NCBI RefSeq assembly: GCF_032062105.1
Contig: NW_026931392.1
Span: forward strand, 124,001 to 188,000
Source: Saccostrea cucullata
Taxonomy: Eukaryota
Direction of reading: 5' to 3'
DNA length: 64,000 nt
The notes below the pieces were generated by a model. The model was not told the DNA's origin and ran no database searches. It was given only the letters and a program-made list of their open reading frames with translations. How positions within the stretch are numbered: position 1 is the first letter of the stretch; every line of letters begins with the position of its first letter. Below are positions 13,701 through 25,700 of this stretch, piece by piece. Position numbers and translations under genes: made by a program.

Positions 13701-16700
13701 AGGAAAATGAACCTAAACGGTAACAATACAAGCTGATGTCTACAACAGATAGTGACTGATCATGCAACTGAAATAAGATCTGTTTTATCTCCATCAATTA
13801 AAAATAGATACACATGTATAGCACTCATGTATTTCAGGGTTTTAGTTAAACTTTTTTCCCCCTTAGAACAAAAGATATGTAAAAAAGAAATTTTGCCCGA
13901 TCCTTCAGTTAAATCCTTGCTTCCTATAGAGGGTCTATAATGATGAATATAATGGTGAGTCATGTTCAGATATAACTATTCATATCAGCTACTAAGCTAG
14001 CATGTCTTCATTAAAATTCACCTTCAGCAGGGCATAAAAACAGAAATGATCAATCAATACAACAGTACTGTACACCAAATGACTTCAAATAGAAATGATA
14101 TTCCTCACAAAGTCAGAACAATATACAACCAGAACTGATAGGGAAAAGTTTGGTAATTTCTGCAGCAGGTTACTGAGTAGTTAGGGAATGAAAAATTGGA
14201 GTTTTAATGTGCTTAGTAACAGGGATGGGGTAATTGAATAAAGTAATTGTAATTGAGTGTAATTAATTACATTTTTCAAAGTAATTGGAAGTAAGTAGTT
14301 ACAAGGGTATTTAAATACATTCCAAAAAGGTCATGTATTTTCAATTACTTTTCAATTACATTTCAAACTTTTTTCAAAATGAAAGAGTCTTTTACAGATA
14401 TATAGTTTTATACTGGTGGGTTTACATTACTTATTCCCATGTTTTATAAATCTCAGTTCTCCCTATTCCCACTTGCAAATAACAATGATTGTTTAGATAG
14501 TTAATTTGTTTTACAGCAATTAGACTAACTACATCCCATTTTAGATTACCTGTATTCTAGAAAATAAGAATGGAATTGTGATAGATATTATTCTTAAAAA
14601 ATATGGATTTGAGAAAATTACAAAAAAGATCTTGCCATACACCATACTGGTGTAGCATGGGCTTATGTTTGTACAATAATTAATTGTCTCATAATGTTTA
14701 ATTTGTTTATACAGTGTGTCACACTCATTATAAGGTGTTAAACAGGTGTGAATATCATACCCAAGAACAAAAACACTGTAAGTAATTGAAATGTATTTAA
14801 TTACATTTGTCAAAGTAATTGAAAGTAATTAATTACATTTGAAAAAATCAATGTAATTGTAATTGCAAGTAATTGACAAAATTATCAATGTATTTGAAAG
14901 TAATTAATTACATTTCAAAGTAATTGACCCCAAGCCTGCTTAGTAAAAATAAGTAATAGACAAACCACTTTTTAACTTGTCCACTGTTAACTATTTGCCC
15001 TGTAAAATTGCATTTGGATGGCCAGAATGACCAATGAGAATTGTGAACCATTTCAACCCTTGCACTCATAGCTGAAGACCAACAGGTTTGCTTTCATTTC
15101 ATTCCTATCTTCTTCGTGGGATTGAGAGAGGAACAAAATGTAATCAACTGTGGGTTTCCGAAAGAAGCATTGCCCTTTGCACATTATACTTATCAATACA
15201 CTGTACATTCATATTTTTGAAGGAGTTAGGAAGATTCCAGTGTTCTGAGGCTTTGACCTTTTTTATTGGTGTCATCAAAGAAAAAAGACCTGAAGGGGAG
15301 ATCTGAAATCTGACTTACTCCTTCAATGATTACTTAAACTATTTTATTTTACTTTTATTTAATGCAAAATTAGAAGCAGGGATTAGCTCAATTGACTGAT
15401 GCATTTCAAAATGAGGATTCATAGTCCATATTTCTCGGAAATTATTTGCATATATGAAAAAAATCAGTAGAGGTATAAAATAATCATTTAAGTTCAGCTG
15501 AAAATGTGTCAAATCAATCTATTTGCTAGGGAGATACCTAATAACTTCAATGAAAGTTACTCATGAGGAAGACGCTTGCTGTGATACAGTAGTAGATACT
15601 GACATTTTTTGGTTACAAAATCTTGATTAAAATGTGCAAAGCATTAATCATTCTAACTGAAGATAATTTTAACATAGAGAAGCTTCATAGTCTATGGGGA
15701 ATTGTCACTTGCATGTTAAATTGGCAAATTGCTGTAGTTTATCCCAGTAAACAACTGTTACAGCAGTTTAAACTTCTTGAATGAAATTCTAACTCTGAAT
15801 TTTCAGAAATTCCTAAATAGGCTTTAACATGTAAAACTCTAGCAAACTCACAATGGTTATTATTGCCAAGAGTGATTTATTTGTTTTTTTTTAAGTTGAC
15901 CCACTTCCTAACTACAAAAATAAATGTGTCAATAGCAGTCGACTTGCATTGCTTGAAATCAATAAAAACCTAGAGCAGAAGGTGTACGTAAGGAGAGAAT
16001 ATTTTTATTCCTCCCCAGCACAATTGTTTCTCAGCTTTATGAAATGGTAATCAAAACTAAATGATGCAGATAAATATTGGTACAAAGCAATTAAGAGAAC
16101 AGTCAATTAAGTTTACTTTTGTGACATAAACTCTATAAATAGAAATTATGCAATCATCGTTATGTCATATTTCAAGGTAAACACTGCATTATACTAATTC
16201 GTAAACTCCTACATTGCATGTTTGAAAATATGAATTTAAAGGGATTCAGATTTTAGGATTGTGCTTCTAATGCAAATGTGGAATTACTCACCAAGAACAC
16301 TAACATACACACTGCGGCTCATCCCTTGTCCATTGGAATTCTTGGCAGTACAGATATATTCTCCAATATCATGAGTCTTCTGTACCTTCTCAATAAACAA
16401 CGTCTCGTTGACAACTTTCTGACGATGATTTTGTGGAAGCACATTTGATTCTCTCCCTGAAATTAAAAAAAAGGGAAACAAAATCATTAAGCTAATTATT
16501 ATAAACTGCTGAAAACATTCTCATCTTAAATACATTGTACAAAACTATATTCAGCATTTGATTTTCAAGATCTGAAAAATTTAGTGATTTTATTAAAAAT
16601 AATTTGTCAGACTGGACGAGGTTTAAAATGGGAGCCCCTGAATCGATAGTTAGGCTCTAACAAGTGAGCTATCTGACCATTGGAAATTGAATCTGGCTGT

Positions 16701-19700
16701 TACATTCCTCCCTTCAATCATCCCCCAAAACACTGGGTTCTTCCTTGCCAGGTCACTCACCTGTCAGATCCTGGTCATGGCACTGCACCAAATGTAATGG
16801 GGAGAAGAAAAATGTTACCTACTACACCAGAATTCGAACCCAGGACCCTCAATGATCTTACCAAAGCCAGACCTCTATTTAGGTTATCTTACAGAAGATC
16901 AGATCCTCTCTGCTGTAGCGTAAATAGAGGTCTAACTGGCTTTAGTCAGATTGCTAGGACCTATAAATCACAAGTCAGGTACTCTACCATATCTACTGCA
17001 TGACAGGGAATCTGGGAAAAGGACATTTGTCTAATATTGAAAGCCTTATATTTATCTGTAAAATAGTTAAATTTGACAATGGAATGATGTTTAGTAAAAA
17101 AAAAAAAATGATCAAGTGTTGGCAGACGATTGAATGCATATTACTGTGTTGAGGTGATCTTGGTTAATCATGTTTCTTGCATCATATAAAAAAAAGCAAT
17201 TCAAGTCTGGGACGGAACAAATTGATCACAAAATCTTACAAAAATCAAACAAGTCTTTAATTTTATAAAATTATGACTCACTTATGGCCAGGTACTGATA
17301 TATAAGCCTTCATATATCATAGGTATCAATTAATTCCTATATTTTCAGAAATTACAATAGACCTTCATTTCAACTATTCTGAAATAGTAAAAATTCAAAA
17401 ATATTGTCTATGCCTAGAGCCATCAATTCACTTATGAATAAAATTTCTCTAACAAGTGCATGGTTCTATCCACCATGTCCACACTAACATTACTCCCAAT
17501 GTATTTAAAATCTTTTGGGTCTTCAATCTTCAATGTTTCACCAGGGACCTACACTGTATATATATACTAAGTATATATATAGGTCCCTGGTTTCACACAG
17601 ATCAGGGGCACTTTTTACAAAAAGTTGTATTGATTGTAAATTTTGCCAAATTAATTATTCAAAATGACTACCAGGGGCCTATACACCAAAATCACTTGTA
17701 GGTAGAATTTACGTAGAAGCTTTTTTAGCTATTTCAATGCAACTTTTCAAATTTTTTCTCTTTATGAGAAAGAGACAAAAAGTTGCAATTAAATGACTAT
17801 TAATATTTATACAAGGGAGGTTTAAAAAAAAAACAATCCAAATCAGAGATAGTTTATACATTGCTGCGCAGTCTTCACGAAAACATGCAGTGAATTTTGA
17901 TGTCGGGTCAGTGAAAATCAAAATTCAAGAAGTCCGGTGGGCTTGATGATTATAAAAATCATACAAAGTCAATATAACTGACTTACTTGGGTAAACTTCA
18001 TTAATATATGAAATAAAATGAACAAACATGTGTTGTTGAATTGTTATATTTCAACAAGGATGTATTACGTAACAACTGGAACTAGCTAGTAACTATTAAC
18101 TAGTACGTAAAATGTGCGAATTTCCAAGGAACAACTTAACAAAACGTGACAAAGGACGAAAAATGGCGGCATTTCAAACGTTGAAGTACCTAAACATGTA
18201 TTAATTTACAATTATGAAAATGTATTTATTTTATTCTTTAATTAAATAAAAATTATAGTGGGCCAGTAAATTTAAAGTTCAGGGAGGTTTAAAATAAAAA
18301 CAATATTTTAGTCCCTAGGACAAGCAGATTAGATGGCCAGTTAGTTTGAAAAGTTTTCATGAAGACTGGCTACGTTTGGACAATTTAGAGCAAAACATGT
18401 AATTCCATTGTTTGGATAAAAAGACATTTCCTCAAGAGTGAATTTTTCATGAATTGTTTTCAGATGAGTTCAAAGTTGAAATTGATCACTGCATCAAAAT
18501 GAGATTTTTTGCACATCTCGAGAAAAATTCTTTTTTATAGAAATAAATTGATTTGGTAGCTAAATAAAGCTACCTCAGGTAGGTAAATAAAGCTAAGTAG
18601 TTAAATCAAGCTACGTAGCTAAATCTAGTGATTGTACCAGACCTGATATACTATAATATACAGATATAGGTCCCTGTTTTAACATAGGTCTTTCTAAATT
18701 CCTTTCAAAAAGATTATAAACCATTTTCGATTAAGTTTAAATTGGAAAGCTACAAGCAGAATTCAATTTTGGACTTCGTTGTAACTTCTTTCGCAAAACG
18801 GCCCCCTAAAGTTCTACAAAATTTGAAAAAATTGTTAACCAGTTCAGTTGTTGTTACTTTTAAAAATCCGCAGTTTCCCGCACCAGGAAGTCTTAATTGC
18901 CATATAATGTTTGAAACCGACATCGCCAACCTTTCCGGGTTCGACGTCGCCTCAAAAGTTTCAGTATTTGAACATTGTCGCGTATAGATCTGTTTCATAA
19001 TAGACTAAAAATCGTACCACCCTTCAAGCCATTAGAAAATACATAATTAATAAAAATATACCACAGCCAGGTCGCTCAAACCATCAAAGGTTTCGTCAAA
19101 TTATTTCACGTGCATAACTTAAAAAAAAAACTAAAAAGGTAGCTTGAAAATGTTTTATGTAAAATTTATATCATAAGTTCACGCATACAAATAAAGGTTT
19201 TCTTAATTATTTATTTTGCTGTATTATTTAGAGAAAACTGGATTTTATTTCTTGTCGACATTAAAAGTCACTTTTCTATCATTTTAAAGCAAATCTATGA
19301 GGAAATGGGGGGGGGGGGGGTTATCGATCGTTGCATAAAAATTATTTTTGATGTAAAAGAAAAAGACGGGTGAAAATTCAAGCTTTCGAATAATAATCAA
19401 TTTTTTTATCAGCAACATTCACATTTTGGAATCTTTTTACGTTAATAAAAATTAACAGAAACAAACTGGTGATATCGAAAGCGTTGCTAAAAACTTAGTT
19501 TAAAGAAGAAATTTCCCCAGTAAAATACTGCTTTTATGATACAGAATTTGTTTTGAAAAAAAGGAACTGCATGACAGCAATGACACATATATTTAAGTAC
19601 TGCCTCTCGTGATTGGTTAACTATCGTTCAAGACCGAAATTTATCATAAACGAACACGATTATTTGTTAAATCGTGATTTGTGAAACTAAGATTAACACA

Positions 19701-22700
19701 TCAAAACCATAGTTAAAGAATATAAATCATAGTTTACAAATGAAAGTTCAAACTCTTAGTATTTACCATCAAAATCTAACGTTAATGTTAATTTACAGAC
19801 AGTCGATATGCATTCGTAAACTAGAGTCTACATGAATTATAAATTAATAACTGGGATTTAAAGAATTCGGTGTATTAGACTTTCCTGAAATATGCTCACC
19901 TTTTGACCACGTGACTTGGGCCACCGGATATCCGGCGACGTAACACCGTATAGACAAGTTCTCTCCGGCTGTAGCAGTGACGTTCTGCATTTGTCTCACA
20001 AATGGTACACCTAAGGCAGAACAATTACTTGAAGTTTATTTGATGAAGAAATATAAAATTATATATATCACATATCATTCCAACTTTAATTCAACATGCA
20101 GGTATGTTACAAAAAGTTATTTGTTCTGCCTATAAATGGGTCTGACTGTGTATAAATTTTAATAATATTAAAAAAATGCGGGAAGACAGTATCTTCATTT
20201 TCCTAGATATTCAACTCCAGGTAAAATTTCTTGAATATATTCGGCCATTATAACTGTATATATATGTAGATGCCGCGCATCTTTTTTAGTGAAAAAATGG
20301 AAGCAGAGCTAGTTTCATGGGATGACCCTTATCTTGCAAAAGAGTATATATTCAAGTGTTTTGTAATGATACATTTGTTTTTTCTTTTAAACTCATGACC
20401 GTCAACACCTTAAGGGGTAGAATTTCTTCTAGCAAGGCATTTACAGATTTTATCCAATTTCCAATATTTTTCGAGAAATATATATACGAGGGGTTATCAA
20501 AAAGTTCTTGGACTAGCGCCATAAAATTAAAACCGCTTAAAGTACATCAGTGAATTTTGAAATATCTAGTTAGCATCATTATAAACCACAAATCATGAAT
20601 TTTATTTTTTATATATATGTTTTTGTAAGCAAAGGTATGCAGACGCGCAATCGTTTTTTCGACCTATGTGTAAAAAACTCCTTTGATATGATTATTTGCG
20701 TTAAAAGACACAATTGTTTTATAAAATAGAAATTTTTTCATTCTGGAAGTTTTATGAATTTTACACGGAATGTCCAAACAAATGAGGCCTTGAAAATGCA
20801 AAAGAGTATATATCCTGAAAAAACTTGTATATACCTGTTTTGTAAGTTAATGTCGATTTGCAGTGTGTTTTTTTGATCATGTGTTGTAGATATTGAACTC
20901 ATGACCGATCTCTCCCAATATATTAACACATTAATTCATTGAAGGCCACTGTTCATGACATTGTAGAGTCATATAAACAATTTCTTCAGCTAGCAAAAAA
21001 GTGTATGAGGTAGGAGAGGACATTGAAAAAACATTTACAGATTTTAATGTCGTTTTCCAATTTCTAAAATTTTCAACATTTCTTTATTTTGTGTTGTTTT
21101 TGTTCCATATAAATTTTGAAAGCAAATATATAATTTTAAAAAAAAAAATGAAAATGAAAGCAAAAGACATCCCTAAATAATTTTGTATGTACAAAGAAAG
21201 GTATACACATGTGCATGTTTGTGTATTTCAATGCAAGAGAAGTGGCTGCAAGAATTTGAAAACTTACCATACACGAACATTTGACCCACGTGATAAATCG
21301 TTCCAACTTCATTGGATGAGACACATTGGTACTCGCCGCCATATTGCAGATGAACGCTAGAAATATTGACGTAACTAACAACGTCACCGGCAGGATTGAG
21401 GAAGCTCCCGATTTTGATATCGGAATTTACTTTGAGTTGTTCACCGTCCAGTTTCCACGTGATCTCTGGGGTAGGGTTTCCGGTCGCTATACAGCGGATA
21501 GCGGTCTTTTGACCCGTTTGTACGTACTGATCCACAAACGTTTCCACAAAAGTAGGATGAGCAGCTGAAATGGATTTTTTTCGTAAGTAGAGATATTGCA
21601 AATCTTGGTGTATTTTTTAGTGCATATTTTCAAACGTTTAGATTACCAGGGTGTTTTCCAAATACTGGTAATTGTGTTAATTAAATGTATGAATTTTCAC
21701 TCTTTATACTTATTATCAGTACTGTATAACAAAGTAAGCGTTAATACCACTCTAGTGTATAATTTACGTACACATTATATAGAATGAGGATATTAAAACT
21801 ATCTTAGATTTTTATTTTCATGATTCAGAAGTTTTTCTGTTCATAACATTTAAAAGGATGATTATAAAATCAACACACACTAATACTGTAAGGATATTTT
21901 AGGGGTATTTGGGTAAAACGCAATGAAGACCTCAAATAGTGAAATAACCTGAAAACCCTTGGTATGGGCTATTCAAAGGGTACATTAAGCAAAGATAATA
22001 AGAAGTCTTCAGATGATAGCAGTTCAATCAGAAAGAAAGAAGAAATGAAGGATAAGAACAGAATAAATGTTATCAGTACCAGCTGCAAATACTCTAATTT
22101 CTGGGAGTATTAAATCCGAAGATGATTGACATAACCAGGTCTTATCTATCAATATATATACATGTATAGGAACTAATTGGTAAAACACGTTGCAAGTACT
22201 ACATTTAGTAAGTATCTTATCCTGGTCCCTGCTTCTAGATAAGTAAAGGCTTTTAGTACTGTGATATTAGCCTCAGACAAAGCAAACATTCCCATCATTA
22301 TGTCAGAGTAAAAGGAAAACTAGTATCCCTTGTAAGAGCCCGAACATACATTATTGAAGATTATGTTTAAATTTATGTTTTCTTGAATAATCCCATGTTC
22401 TGGTTCCAATTTTATTTTCAGAAATAATTTTAACAATTCTTACTTTAAAATTTTTTCAAATGTTTATAAGTTAAAGACAACAAATTCAGTTGAATAGCTT
22501 AGATGAATTAAGTGACATCACATAGAAATGTTTTAGATGTACCTCCCAGTAGTAGCTGTGCTGTTCCCTGACTACTTGTTTCTTCATTCTTTACAACACA
22601 TTGGTACATCCCCTGGTCCTTCTTGTTTACACTGTGGATTGTCAGCACGGATTGATCTTTGATTGAGAACTTTTGATTGGGCAAAATTTTGAAGCCATCT

Positions 22701-25700
22701 TTTAACCAGAAAACTGATTTGATTGGATGACCAAGAACTGTGCAGTTGAAGACAGCTGATTGGTTAGAATCGACTTTTTGCTGCTGAGGGTCTATAGTTG
22801 CAGAGAGAGGATCTGAAAGGTATTTATGTTATCAAATTAAACATATAAAAATATCTGGCCTTTACAAGATGTTCAAACTTATCTAGGAGTAAGAAAACTG
22901 CTCAAAAATCAGCTTGCATCTCTACATTGTGTAACGTGGACACCATCCGGCTTGCAAATGAAGCATTCCATGAAAATTCAAAATTATATAATAAAAGAAT
23001 TTTAAAAATCGTGTAGCATTCCTTGCATGATCATTAAGAGGCATCTAACTTCAGCTGAATAGTAATTGTTTGAAGTCAATCACACAAATTGTAAAGATCT
23101 CTCTCAATACTTCATCCAAAGAATATCAAAGAAAGAAAAAAATCTCATCCTTTTTAATGAATCAAACTTACATTGCACTGTTAGTTGTGTAGTTCCGGTA
23201 GCTGATCCGTGACTGTTAGAAGAGTTACACGTGTAAGTACCACTGTCTGTAACCTTGGCGTCAACAATCACGAGATTTCCCGCTCGCTGAATTTTGTTCA
23301 CACTGTCAATGACCAGTTCCTTGTTTTGGTGACTCCATCGATATTTTGGAAGAGGGTTGCTACTGGCAACACATGGCAGTTCAACAGTCTCCCCCTCGTT
23401 TACTGTCACGTGTGTCATGACGTCATCTATCTTTGGAGGTGTCCAGCCAGCGGGAGGTTCTGAAACAAAAAGACATGTGAGTTTTGAAATCCAATTTTAT
23501 AGAAATTTGCCTTTCAAATTGTCCCAATCCATAAAATTGCCTCTGAGCATTAAGTCGGGGTCTTTTCCTCCTTTGGCATTCAATTTTGCATATATCTGCA
23601 AAATTAAAGAAAGTAACATTATCTTTATGCATTTTTAAGATATACTATACCATGCACGTGTAGATAAGCCATCTTGCTAAACTTTTCATCGCCTGTCAGG
23701 ATGTTTCGCGCCACACATTTATATGTAGTGTATCTGTCCTCATCCCTTATATCTCTGATGTGAAGTTCTCCGTCTGACAATATACTCACCCGGTCACCTG
23801 TAAGGAGAAAATCACATGATGAACTTTAAAACGTTAGGAACTTATTTATTCTCATAAGATTCTCACCCACTGCACTAAGTTATGAAGACATTGTATTTCT
23901 ACTTATAGGATGGATCTGTTGTATGTAGAATATTATCCCCAACTGCCGAAGGAATCAAGTTTAAACCAGGAATGAAATACTAACTTACAAGGTCTTGTTT
24001 TACAATTTTTAAAGAACTGAACGAAAATGTAATTTTGAAAGTAACATTCTCCTTTCTTTGCAGACATATTTTATTTATGAACATCTTAAGCCTTACCATC
24101 TACCCATGAAGAACTAAGACTTTATCGAAACAAAGTTAGTCTTCTTATAGACAAATCAAAATCTTCTAGACATTCGGGAGCCATTCCACTGAAAATTTTG
24201 TATTTTCCTCTTTTTCCAGGTTCTAAAAATATTAATCTTTTACTACGGCTGGGTATTGGCCCAAGATTTCGTATTGCGATATATTGCGATATTTTTAACT
24301 GTATTGCGATATGTATTGCAATATTTTCAATGTAATTTAAATGGCATTTTCTTACTTTATTTACTCTAATTTATATGCAGAATGTAAATAACTATGATAA
24401 GTAACCAACACGTAAAAAAATCTAGTTGATTTCATTTAAGTTATGCTCTGAAATGTTCCCACAAACAACTTCTGTCTTACTGTTTGGCTTAATAACAAAC
24501 TTGCATAAGTCCAATTTTATATTTGATGACAAAATTCCTTAATCTAAGCATATTGCCAATATATTGATATTATAAAATCGTATTGCGATACGATATTTTT
24601 GTCAGTGTATTGTAATATATTGAAATATCGATATTATTGTCCAGTCCTATCTTTTACGGACTTTAAAATCAAGAACAGCTTCCACTACATCAACTAAAGT
24701 TTCTGTGTTTGCAATAGTATATATAGTCCAATTCAGTTAGACGTTAAGACATGAAAAGTGTCCAATAAACCAAGGGTTGATCGAGAATACATGGTTTGCA
24801 AAATAATACATATTGAATAAACGATTCACGAAAGTGAGATGTAGTGATTACAGTTTAATTGCATTCGAACGTGTTTGAGATACTTTCTTGCATCTATTTC
24901 ATATCTCTTTTTTGTTAAAAAGGGGGAGCAACAAAGAAAGAATGTTTTCTAACCAGCTTGTATGGATTTTGTTCCCTTTGACCAACCCACCACGTGGATG
25001 TAGTCTTTGACGAAGAAGGGGTTGATGTTACACTTGAAGACTGCTGTACTCCCCCGCACTGACCAGACGTCACTGAGCTGTAGGTTATAGGTCAGGTAGT
25101 CCTCCACCAGAACTGAAACGACAATTGTCATTCATAGTCAAACAAGTATGTAAATACAAACCAATTTTCCATCCTCGAGGTAAGTTTTTTTAGCCATATT
25201 TTAATTAAATTTACTCTCAGCGATTGTTGGTAAAATTCATATTTTGGTGAATTACATTAAACCACAGTTAATTTATTGTGACAAACTTTTGCCATGGCCT
25301 TGTCTTAGTGCAATTCGCAGGAAGAAATCGTATGCAAAATGAGATAATAGTTCATAGACAAAATAAAATGACATTGAAATATGATATTGTATTAAAATGG
25401 TTATTTTTGAACAGATTGTACTCAATATTTGCTATCTAGATGTAAAAAAGATGAGATTAATCTCGGGGGGAAGAAGTCACTGAACTATCGGTTATCAGGC
25501 AGATGCTCAGTAACCAATTCCAGATTATTACGCAATGGGGGATGTTACTGACTGACATAGATCAGCTACTGTTATCTGGAGTGAATGTCTTCATAATCGC
25601 TTTACTTGCTGAACAAATGCGGATTCTAAAAACAGCATTTTATATTTTTTTAATAAGTTTTTTTAGTCACTAGAGAAACAAAAAAACATCCGAGTTTTGC

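Noticed and set aside
15549-15587. Possible poison exon (cag|TATCTACT...TCATGA|gtaact) between Ig6 and Ig7
   Set aside because: No polypyrimidine tract at the acceptor and no other support
23784-23790. Strong donor-like CGG|GTGAGT inside the Ig2 C-half exon
   Set aside because: Only 8 nt from the acceptor, too short for exon definition, and it would shift frame
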